Source: Balanoglossus misakiensis (taxonomy: Eukaryota; Animalia; Hemichordata). Taken from it: 64,000 nucleotides of DNA. The stretch lies in the NCBI GenBank assembly GCA_040954595.2, contig CM082596.2, positions 7,642,468 through 7,706,467 on the forward strand, in the 5' to 3' direction. Each line of letters starts with the position of its first letter. Within the stretch, counting starts at the first letter, position 1. Of this stretch, positions 40,967 to 52,803 are shown piece after piece. A model generated the notes under the pieces. The model did no database searches. It was not told the origin of the DNA and saw nothing but the letters and a program-made list of their open reading frames with translations. The position numbers were made by a program, and so were the translations under genes.

Positions 40967-43117
40967 CTAAGATAAACTTATATGGAAGAAACAATGAAGA
41001 TGATTGTGAAGTAATAAGGGCAAGTTAGATAGATCTATACCGGTAGATAGATAGATAGATTTTTCTCATAAGTTTATTGAGATAAGCATATATAGATCAA
41101 ACGAACATTAGTCTTCTCTCGAACATTATGCGGTCTAGTATTCGTGCTTGACCCAGAATACAGCAGAGAAGCCATTGCATGCTACTGTCATACTCGGGGC
41201 AGGCGATATTTCTTACAAGTCGAGCTCTTCACTGTCACCCATCTATGGCTTCAGTGCCCTGAGCTTGCTTCATCTTTCAATGCATCGAGTGCTCTTGTTT
41301 GATACTTCACCCCACCAAACTGAATACATGCACATGAAGGATTTTTTAACATTTATAGCTCCTGCCAGAGACTATCACCGTATATGGACATACATGTGTT
41401 TGCCTCTGGCGTAAGTCACTTCAGACCTGACTGGGAGACGGCCTACATGCAAGGTCCAGGAAAAAATTGTATTTTCTGAGAATTATTTTATAACCGAAAT
41501 GGAGAAAGCAGCCGATTGGTATGGCCATATTGCATTGTCTTGTGAAATATAACTGGCACTAGGCATGGAAATGAGAGTTCCTTGTCCCCTGTACCTTGCT
41601 TTTGTTGTCTGTCCACTGTGACAGCCAAAAAATTAAGTCTAATGATTCCAGACATGAAAACCGCTGAAATTAAAATGGCCGACAGGCAGCCATATTGGAT
41701 CACATCGCAAGAACAAATTGACAAGTGTGTATGTGACAGAGCTTTGCCCCCCAGTGCCAGCTTCAGTGGAATCACCTCGGGCATATCTCAGCAAAAGTTA
41801 CGAGAGAAACTAATGGCAAATATTCTTCGTCAACTAGGAAACACATTTGATCCATTACGGTAACCGTAAAATGAAATAAAATGAAACGAAACAAAGCGTA
41901 TGTGACGTCAGTCACATAACGATCGGAAGCGCCATCGGTACAATGGCCCTCGTTTGCCAATATTAAAATAGGAACTTAGGAACTAATTAACCAGCAGTAA
42001 ATTTATTATGGGCCAAATATTGCCCACAGGAGGGTAGCATCCTTTTTCTTTAACTCAATATAAGAAAATTATAATTTAATGTAATAATGGCTCTATAATG
42101 TGTACAAGTTACAACCCTGACTTAATTCAAATCAAGTAATTTTTTTTTACCCAAAATGCAATACAAGACAGATTGCAAAGGTAAAGATAGACTATATAGT
42201 CGTGACCATGCAACATTGCGGTGACACATCAATAATGCATTAAAACCAAGATGGTATTTGAACTAAAATTGCCTTTTAAACGAGTGTACTGAGGAAAAGC
42301 CGACACGAATGCAAGAAAGCTATAGCCGTGTCCGTGACTTTCGTTCAAAAACAGTCCACACCACGTGTGTGAGTCACGTCCCAGTCGTCCTTGCATAAGT
42401 TTTTTTAAGCTACGAATTTGCGTGTCGTCTGACTCGAGTCGGATGTAAACAAGGGCTCTACACATAATATGCCTCGTGCACTGACAGGTTTGCGGCATCG
42501 CGGAGTCGTGATCGAGGTATTTGCTTCAGTCTCCGTGTACTCTATATATACATGTCACATCTCGACTCTGATGGCCTTATCTGAGAATGCAATCACAGAT
42601 CAGGTTAACCAGATAAGCAGCGGGCAAAGTACTAAAATTCAATTTGTTGAAAAGAATACAATATTGAATTACCGGTTTCAGATATACGCAAATAGACTGC
42701 TATTGAACGTACTTGTGCCGGCATTAATTATTTGTCACTGCTCTCGAAAATGTTTGTTCTAATCACAGGGATGTAGCGTGTCAATTGTCTCTTAAAATGA
42801 TCCTGAAAAGAACATGTTTCTCAAATGTAAAAACGAAATTTAGTATCATATCGCTTGCGAAGATTAAAAATAAACATTATTATTCGCCAAAAGATATCTA
42901 AAGGAAACAATTCTTTCGCCGTTCGTGATGCGGCTAGCTTTCAGATGGAGTTTACAACAGAGATCAGTTTTGAAAACTGAATCCGGATAGACATTGCATT
43001 TCATGCATGCCGGTTTCAACCTCATTCAATAAGTAAATTAAGTGGATATCGCGCATAACCAAATGACTGTGCACCCCGGATTTTATGGCGTCCGATAAAC
43101 GTGGGTAGTGGGCGAAT

Positions 43118-43300
43118 TTAAAGAGGTCCGGTAACCTATGCAAATTTAGCCACTGTTGTCATGGAAATTTGAGATCAAGCTAACGTAACCACAGATTTTC
43201 ACGGGGTGACCATGTGAAAAAAGTGCGCCACCAAACAGTCATTCGTAGACTCAGACTTGGCCTTTTAACCGTATTTGTAAATTAAGGTTGATTCTATACC
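43118..43300. mobile_element. MITE family B, copy 2 (degenerate)
   Basis: ggtaacctatgcaaatttagc...catggaaa...aaagtgcgccacca, similar to 35944-36135. Confidence 0.55.
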
Positions 43301-44054
43301 GTGAAGCCTAGTAAATTTAGCTCAGTTTTGCTTATAATAATTGTGTCCTCATTTCTATTTTCCCTTTCCTCCGCACATTTAAAATGTGAAGGGTCGTCTT
43401 CTCTGTACATGCTGTGGTTCCCAAGTAATGCCCTATAGATTGGGCCGTAAACAGTCTTAATCTACACATAATATGTATTCATTTTCAAAACAGAAATCTC
43501 CCTCGAGAAAGAAACGCCCCTTCCCGGCTAGTTTCGGCTTTCACGTGGCGATTAAACCAAGTAAGTTCGCTCTACTTGCAAATCTAGGCCACTTTTGCGC
43601 ACGAACGTTCGCCGGGCGCCTGCCTTGTACAATTTTCCATCACAAGTGCTCAATAGACCAACTTTACGAGATCACGTGGACTACACAAGAACCACTTCAG
43701 TGAAACCTTTTCAGAAATTCTGGTATCCTGACTTGATCAAGAAAACAAGTTTGACATTCAAGTTCTCTATGATTGAGCAGGTCATTTAATCTTGGAAATG
43801 TTTTCTACTCACTTTACTTTAACAAGTTGTGATATAATTGGTGTCACGAAATGCGAGAAAGATACATGTGAATACAGAACGATATTAGAAAAAAAGCAGG
43901 GCATATCTATTTGGAAGGATGTCTGAAAATATGCGTGTATATAACATGAACAAGAACATTGTATCAGTAGTTATACGATAGAAAAAGTCTTTGAAAATGT
44001 CTAAGTTATAATGTGGATAAAAGCTTAGGCTCTGTGTTGTTACCAGTGTTATGG

Positions 44055-44242
44055 TAAAAGTATAGAGTCACCTGTACAAGTTTAGTCAGAGTTGCCATGG
44101 AATGTTGATATCTAGCCAATCACAGATTTTATTGTGGGTGGCCACTCAAAAAAGGTGCGCTGCGATTTTGTCAGGCATGCCATATATAGGCATAAGTCTT
44201 AAATGTAAATTAGAATGTAAATTATTAGAGGCGACTGTGTCC
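44055..44242. mobile_element. MITE family B, copy 3 (degenerate)
   Basis: gtcacctgtacaagtttag...ccatggaa...tctagccaatcacagatttt...gggtggcca, similar to 35944-36135. Confidence 0.55.
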
Positions 44243-46973
44243 GTGTAGAGAGCTTGGAAAGACCTCGTTTTCGATGAAACATGTTAATATTCAAACTGAA
44301 ATATCAAGACCGGGTCTTAGCACACTCAAGTATAAAGTTTCTATAAAATCTTCCAGAACTGTGACATCTAGGAATATTTTCCTGGGGCATTTTCTGTTTT
44401 TCCCGGAACTACAGGGTCACATAAAACGATCTGAAAACGAGCCGACATTAACGGAGCATCGCCTTGTTGCCATGGTGAGGCGAACAACTGTTGAAGAAAC
44501 CACGCATCCAGGGAGAGGCCTTTCAGCCTGCGGGCTAGATGCTATCTGTGTACATCTATGCATTAGTCAGAATTGATATTCATTGTCGCATTTCTCTTTA
44601 TATTAAAGGAATCTTCAGAAAAAAATCTATATCATTATCCGTGGATAGATACACACTTTATGGAGTTAGCTAGATAACTAATGGTCTGTTCGGCAACCTT
44701 TGTTAACGCATCACCACGCTGCGCATGCAGTATACTGTCTTCATCACATCCGTGCCTATATGTACACAGTGACCTTTCCATGGAGATAGGCATCATGCTA
44801 ACCAAACTATTTGTTCTAAGTTGTTTGAATCCCAAAATACAGAAGTTATAAACTTATTTCATGAACATTTTTGATAACTGTCGTGGACACTCGTAAACCA
44901 ACTGCAGACTCTCCCTACATTTTTGTTCATTTAACTCAGTTTTGTCAACAGTTGTCCATAAACCGCTACCCTTGTAGTTGTAGGCCTTATACTCCCACTC
45001 ATTGCTGTCTTAATTCCACCTGATTCTGAAGCAAAGTTACATCACTGCGTAGGTGTTGCCACAGCCCCCCTCAAACAATACCAATTTTTGCAACGGTTTG
45101 AAGACTAGCGGAGACTCTCACGATATTAAGATGCTCATTTTCTCAGTTAGGAGCAGTTAAGAACCACGCGTACTGTTGCTGTTATGTTAAGCCTGTACTG
45201 ACAAATCTATGCGCCATCTTCAACGAAAACACATGCAACTTTGAAGCAACCTCTTATAGTTATATACACAAAAGCATTTCAAAGAATCTACTTGTACCTG
45301 AGAAACAGACATGGAAAAAGAAGCAAAACGATACCGGTAAATACGATACTGATAAATCTCGTATTCAAGAACAAACTAACCACATACTTTAAACTACCGG
45401 TAACCAATCGTTGTTGGAATGAAAATGGACTGTCAAAAATGACAAAAACCTGTAAACGATTCAAGCGAATGTCAACTCACAGTTTACCACTCACAGCATT
45501 GGCCAGTTCACTTTTGGCTGGTGTGGTTGGTGTAGCGTCTTCCGTGGTAATGGGTTGCAATCCAGGAACGTGGGGGCAGTTACTCGCGCTGTACTCGGCG
45601 TGGGCAGGCGGGTGCGCACACTACGGTAAAATACGGCTGATAACTGTGATTTGAACTCACGAGTCGGACATTGACTCTTCAACTGCGGACTCCCCTGGTC
45701 ACTTATTCCCACTTTGCACCTTATTAATACTGTAAAACACCATTTCTACCATTTACACTTCAGAAAGAGATAAGGAAACTATATGCCACAGTTCGTATAT
45801 TTAAAACTCCTAGGCTTTTTGAAATTACGATTTTATGCCCCTCCCCCGCCATTTGGAAAGAATCTGACTTCTTAATCCTTTGAATTTTAAGTCTCACTCT
45901 GGGGCGTCCAACCGCCTTAATTGTGCTTTGGCGTGTGATATAGAATACCACGCCTTCATCTTGGCCATCGGCTGAAACAAGAACGAGACACTGTGTTTGT
46001 TTTGCCTTGACAGTATACGATTGGAAGATTTGTTCCTGTGGAAATTCGCACATGTAATTTCCAGTGACTTTTTCTGACATTTCCGTGTATATAAAATACT
46101 CATAGGATAATATTAAGACTTGCCTCCAAACAAATTTGATATTAACAGTATCGAGCAGATGTGTGCGATACAGGAAGTATTGAAGAAATGCCAATTTTGA
46201 TGTTATTTCTTAGTTTTCAAGGCTCCTAAATATTCTGTCAAGTAACATTCTGTCTCAAGGCTTGTGACTGTAGTTGGGATAAACATCAGAAGAAAACAGT
46301 TAAGTGTTACATAACTCGATTAGCAGATAATGCATGGCAACCTAGGTACCGTTTGTGTGTGTTTGACAGCACATATACAGAATTTATCAGAAGAAATCAT
46401 GGTATCATGTTTGATCAGTGCCATATATCTTTCTTTAGGGGCGTACAATGACATAATCCAATCTCGTTCAATCTGGATTTATTTAGGCCACGTCTCATCC
46501 TCGGAACATTTCAATTATTCACAATTTATTGTTCAGCCAAAGAATACCTATAAATTCTGATTGATAAGCATGAAGTATCCAAGGAATAATTTATAGATTA
46601 TAATGCAACATAGTGTAGTTCAGGTTTCGTCACCTTTTGAGCGACCTTAGGTAACAACTTCTGTCGTTAAAGAAGTTCTATATGGATTTCTTAATATACA
46701 TCGATGGCTTAAGGGGACAGTAATACCGTACTTTCACTGACTCATTAAATGCTTGGGTTTTATGTTGGAGACATTAAAATGTGGAAATGGCACTTGCCAT
46801 TTAAGAGTGAATCGACCAATTTTGGAGCAGTTCCTGGAAACGTTAAGGGAGGCAACTTGACAGAGAAATCTGCACTTTTTCATGTCGGTTGCATCCGGGA
46901 AAGCGAAGCGTGGGCGGCGTGTGCCCGAACTCGATCCCGCCTACTTCGTAGAAAGACTGTCATTACCTAGATA

Positions 46974-47184
46974 TACTGTAAAACACTTTATTTTCACGAG
47001 CAATAAATTTTCGCGAAATACGCGAGAACCAAAATAACGTGAAAATAAAAAGTCGCATAATTTTTTTTGAAGATAACGATGCAGTGAATGAAATAAGAGA
47101 ACGCGAAAATTAATACTTGCAAAACAGTGGCCTCTCTAGATATCTCGAAAATTTTAACTCGCGAAAATAAAGTGTTTTACAGTA
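46974..47184. mobile_element. TA-flanked MITE (Tc1/mariner/pogo-like)
   Basis: TIRs tactgtaaaacactttattttc / gaaaataaagtgttttacagta with internal cgcgaaa repeats. Confidence 0.8.
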
Positions 47185-48123
47185 ATTGTGACAATAGAAG
47201 TTTTTCCTTCTATTACCATTAATTGAATATTTATCAAGTTGTGATGTTTCGGGGACAGGGGGGCTTTGCCTTTTGGGCAGGAATACATGTACTGGTACAA
47301 AGTCGAGGTGACACAGTTACATGTAGTTCCGTAGATTGTAAGGTAAAGTCGTTTGCAGGTGTCTCGTAAAGGTATGGAGTGCCCACAAGACTGGTACAAT
47401 GTACCTTAATACAGTCTAGTGGTTCTGAAGCCCAAAAAAAAACTTGGTCGTGTTTCAGATTCAATGCCACGCACGGAGGAAAATAAATTTGCACAGTAAC
47501 ATCCTCCGCCCCCGGGGAAACTTAATGGTCCATCCCTGAGAAGAACGAGGGCACATGATGTGTCCGCACCACTTTAAGTCTACAGTATAGGTACAGGTCT
47601 CTCGTACCTCAAGTGACCAAGATGCACCTAAGTGTAAAAGTCAATATTCCCTACTTGGGGGCTAAGTAACGCGCTTACTACGCAGTGATTTCCCGGCTAA
47701 TGAGTCGTGTCAACTGGCGATACGAAGATTGATGGCCGTGCGCTGGGTGCGCGTTACTGGAAGCCATGGCAACGGCTTTATTGCCGAGAAAGAAAGACTG
47801 GATGGGGAGTTGGCGTACTTAAGTCCTGAAAGTGGATATGTGCGTCTACATATTTCACACTCTGATGAATTGTTTTGCGTGTAGTGCTTGAAAAAGATGT
47901 ACATTAAGTTGGAGTCTGTGAGACAAATGAGGAGCTGTTGAAAATGGCGATATTACAGGGTTTTAATGGCTTTAAATAGATGATCGCGCGAATACGGGAG
48001 GAGATGGGGGGGGGGGGGGTCTAATGACTCTGCGTGATTCGTGTTGTAGAAGATGTATACCGTACAGTTGCATGATTAAATTGGAAGTTAGAAGCGAGCA
48101 CTACATTGGAAATTCGTTGCGTG

Positions 48124-48482
48124 TTAAAGGGACAAAGTCTCTATCTCGCTGCCCTTTTCCCATTAAATAATGTTTGATACAAGACACCGATGCATGAATG
48201 TTATTCTACATGTGGGTATATAGTGAATCAACGTTCGACCACACACAACTTGTATCCCACTAGTACACACAAGAGTGAAATCTCGCCAAAATGAATAATC
48301 AGTCCCTACCGTTTATTATTTTGGCGGGATTTTTACTCTCATATCCTACCATCGGGATGGAAGTTGTGTGTGGTCGAACATTGATTCACTATATATCCAC
48401 ATGAAGAATAACGTTAACGATGTCTTGTATCAAACATAATTAATGTAAAAAGGGCAGCGAGAGAGAGACTATGTCCCTTTAA
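48124..48482. mobile_element. TTAA-flanked fold-back MITE (Kolobok-like), copy 1
   Basis: ttaa-AGGGACAAAG ... CTATGTCCCT-ttaa; nearly the whole element is an imperfect palindrome; second copy at 52457-52803. Confidence 0.85.
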
Positions 48483-49617
48483 CCAGTAATCATTTCTACA
48501 GTGGTTGGGTTGTTTTCAGTGGACAGCATTTGACGGATGGCTGTGGTGTATAAAATACCTGGGGTGATCACTACATCCTAAAGTCCCAATAACCAATTAA
48601 ATTTGTGAAAAACGAAAGACTATCATTTCTGTAGGGGACGTCCCCAAACCAAGACAGACAGCCTTGTAGGCAAATGGCACTTACATATGTATATCAAATA
48701 AATATTCAATATTACGTGTAATCTAGTGGGCAGATCCGATCCGTTATCTGAAAATTATTAATAATCAAAACCATCTCAGCCAGGGCATGTTAATTTATAT
48801 TTTCCCAGTTCTTTGGAACATAAGTGAGGTTTTTGAAATAAGCGGTAGAATGTTAAACTGATGTACGCCCAGGAGGGAACAGCGGAACTGTGGTTATTAA
48901 CGGCAATTTTTGTCAGGATGTACCTCGTTGCGGTTAAAGGCCCTGCAAACGACCCGTTGAGTTCAGAACATTAACTGCTATTGAGACGCCCATGCGTCAC
49001 CATGGGGACGCATTGTTTCACTGGTTCCCACGGTGACCGATGAGTCTGCTCTGCCAAAGAACGAGCGGAAGGCACAAATTTACTCACGTTGCGTTTCTTA
49101 TGAATTTGAAGGGCGTATGTGTTCGCAGAATAACGATCGTAAATATAGTGCTGCAGGATCTAAGTGATTAAACGCGTACGTGGCGATACTGTACCCGCCT
49201 TGGATGCGACAAAGGCTTTCAGGGAAGTCGTCGCTTAACGCCCAATCACCACTTAATTGTCACACATACCCCGGTACGTGTATTGTCATTAGAATCTAAT
49301 AGTGATAGTGGGTGGGTGGGTGGTATGGTTGTTTTGGCCGTGCACCATTGTCGCATATAGGAAGAAGAATCATATCAAATAATTAATCAACAATTACAAT
49401 GTACATCACCATTTTCAAGAAACCTTCAATTGTGATTTTTCATGCAGGTCTGTCCGACATTAATACTAACTTTTTGTAACGTCAGTTCAGGTCTGAAACG
49501 TGATTGCGCATTAAATTTTAAAATTGATTCCCATAAACATAAAATTGATACATTATTTCTTCTATTTCTTCTTTAATAGTAGTTTATCTGAATATTACAT
49601 GTCAGTGTACTTTATGA

Positions 49618-49755
<138 letters not shown>

Positions 49756-50488
49756 TAAAAAAGAGAAACGTTTCACTTTTCTCAGCTCTTCCCCAACCCT
49801 GAAAATGTGTGGTACAGTACGAGCAGAGATTCCCTATTGCCCTTCTCTGTGTTGACCAGAAAGAAACCTGATATTGATATCTATAACATCTTTAATCAAT
49901 GCCACCTTTTGAATATCAATATTTCCCGCTCGTTGGTACATCAGTATGCGCCCTTTGACAACCCGGAATGAAAACGTCTTCAGGCGGGAAATCCGACACC
50001 TTTTCAGAGTCTGTGCATTGCACACTGGGGTGGGCTTTGCTGGGCATCCAATAGAAAATGTGATGCGGTATTGTTGATACCAGATACTTGGTTTCCTGCA
50101 AGTCGCCAGCGCATTCGTGAGCTGTCTTAGCGGAGAGATCAAAGAGAAGCCGACAGAACTTGGACAAGTGAAACTTCTTGTGCCCAACCATGGGAAAAAG
50201 ATTACGAATCGTGGCTATATGCGAGAGTAAACATTTTTTTCTGTAACATGGAGTCACTACCTTGTCTCTAGGCATGTTGTACATACAAGCTTCCTAGTTG
50301 TAATATTGAACATAATATGTCTATTTTAAATGGCTTCGGGGCAATGTCAAAGCTATGCATTCAGAATTTGAAAATGGTAGTGTCAGATAATTTATAGAAA
50401 ACGATCGCCCAAGGAAAACACAATGTTAGTTTGAGAGTGCGTCCCTTTCTATTACTTATTACTTCCTATATATTGCCAACGAAGAAAT

Positions 50489-50725
50489 TAGGGTAGAACC
50501 ATTTGATTTCTGCGGGGTGGATGGGGGGGGGGGAGTGGAGGATTGGATATGTCGTCAACTTTGTTTTTCAGCCACTGTTACAGCAAATCTTTCTGTTTCG
50601 ATGGCCAGTCCACCTTTTCTCCTCATAGCATTGCAGAAGAATATTTTTTTATGCACCATCTGCTAATAATTTATTCTCTCCCAAAATCCTCCATCCACCC
50701 CCGGAAATGAAATGGTTCTCCCTTT
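50489..50725. mobile_element. Short TIR MITE
   Basis: TIRs agggtagaaccatttgatttc / gaaatgaaatggttctccct with G-rich and C-rich subterminal tracts. Confidence 0.7.
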
Positions 50726-52456
50726 ACATTCAACTGAAACGCCAGGAAGTTTGTTCAAATTACCCGTGATATTGACGTTGATCTCAATCGAGCAAACTGC
50801 TAGAATGGACAATGAAAGCATGCGTAATGGCCAACAATATTATTATCACTCGCCAGATAATTTTAATGTCTCATATTCTCTACTCCCACATCCTTCAGTA
50901 TCGCTAGCTTTCAGTTATTTTGATTATGATCGCGATTGTGATAAGATTAAGAAACCTTGTGGGTTGTTTTGATGGGTAACCTCAATTTTTTTGTAATGAG
51001 GGTAACCATGAAAGTGTCTCGCGAAGCGATACTCACTGAGTACTGGGAGATTGTGCTTGTTCGTCGGTCAAGACTAAGAGTGCTGAATCGAATGGTACGT
51101 TCCCCCCGACTGTCAGACAGCTTAGTAAGAAAACTGTCAATCAAAACTACAAGGTTGTTTGAGAGTATCATATTACTCATGAAGCTAATTTTCTCCATGT
51201 TTGTAATCAGGGTTAAATTGAGATCGTTTGGACATGTTAGGCGACGCCGAACCATTTCAGGGTTGTTTGTCGTGAATATTCTGATGTTTGGAAAACTTTG
51301 CGCTATTGAAAATATATCATTTGAAATTGATAACTTTCAAATTTTCATGATAAAATGACAATAATTGTCAAAAGTTTTCAATCTTTTGAGTCAAACGTTC
51401 AGATACATCAACAAAACTATTTGAACTTGCACGAAATGACAAAGTAGTGTTTTTGAAAATAGCGTTGGATCAAGGGAAAATTCTGCCGAGTATTCAGTTC
51501 CTAAATATACATATGTGGCTCTTTTGCAGATTAGAAGGGGCCACATCTCTTGCTAAATCAAAAGTTCAAGTTCAGTGTGCCTTTATGCATCTCTGTGATG
51601 TCAAACTCTGTCGGAAAGTAGCTTGTCTAACTAAGACGCTACATCTTTTGATGTCTTTCAAACACTTTGAAATCAGATTGCGCCGTTTTCCTTGGCAAGC
51701 GTTACTTTGCGATTTGAATCCACTAGTGCCATAAGGTAGTACTAGCCTCAGGGAGAGATTTTCAGATAAATGATAGTCTTCCAAACCTTTCAATTCTCTG
51801 ATATATTAAAGTGTATGAGGAGGCTTTTTGAGATCGAAGAAGAAACATAGTGTTCACCGTCTGGTTTTTATAAAAATCACAACTTTAATCTTTCTCCTTA
51901 GAATTATCGCAGAGACCGGCGGCCATTTTAATTTCAGATTTGAGGCAGTTTTGCTGTCTCTTTCAAAAATTTTGTATGGCGACTCCTAATGTTTATTTTT
52001 AATTTTAAGAGAGAATAATATAAAGTTGCTTTGAGCAAAATACAAGAAATTTTTTAAGACTTTGATTTTCGAGTCGCGGACAACTTTAATTTAGATGTAT
52101 GGATATACACAAATAATAGAATAAACTATCCCGTGATCTTCTATACTGTACGACTCTACCACTGACATGGTAAAACGAAAGCCCCGGTTATTGACTTCAC
52201 CCACATTTCAAGCAAAGTTGAATTACAATGTTGCCGCAGATGTCGGACAACAGATAAAGGTCGACACCGTCCAAACAAATCCCAGTGAGGGAATGTAATC
52301 AAGGAAAACGTACAACGTTCTTGAGAATCACCCAAAGGCAAAGTCAGACTTTGTTTGAAAGGCAACAATAAACGCAGAGCCAAATGCAAAGTCACATAAA
52401 GCGCCCTCTCGTGCTGATTACTAAAGTGATTTATAATTTGTTGGAGCGACATCAAA

Positions 52457-52803
52457 TTAAACGGACAAAGTCTCTCTCGCTGCTTTTTTTCATTAATTAT
52501 GTTTGATATAAGACAGTGTTTGTGTAATTTTACATGTAGATATATAGCGAATCAATGTTCGGCCACATACAACTTCCATCCCACTTGTAGATACGCGAGT
52601 GAAAAACTCGCCAAAATGAATAATCGGTGTTAACCATTTATTCATTTTGGTGAGATTTTTACTCTCATATCCTACAAACGGAATGGAAGGTGTGTGTGGT
52701 TGAACATTGATTCACTATATATCCACATGTAGAATAATATAAACGGTGTCTTGTATCAAACATAATTAATGGAAAAGGGGTGCGAGGGAGAGACTTTGTC
52801 CCT
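52457..52803. mobile_element. Fold-back MITE, copy 2 of the 48124-48482 family
   Basis: Colinear similarity to 48124-48482 over its length; the right TTAA is missing. Confidence 0.85.

Noticed and set aside
50957-51358. 133-aa plus-strand ORF
   Set aside because: Its composition looks like an antisense read of decayed coding sequence and it has no start context or domain.
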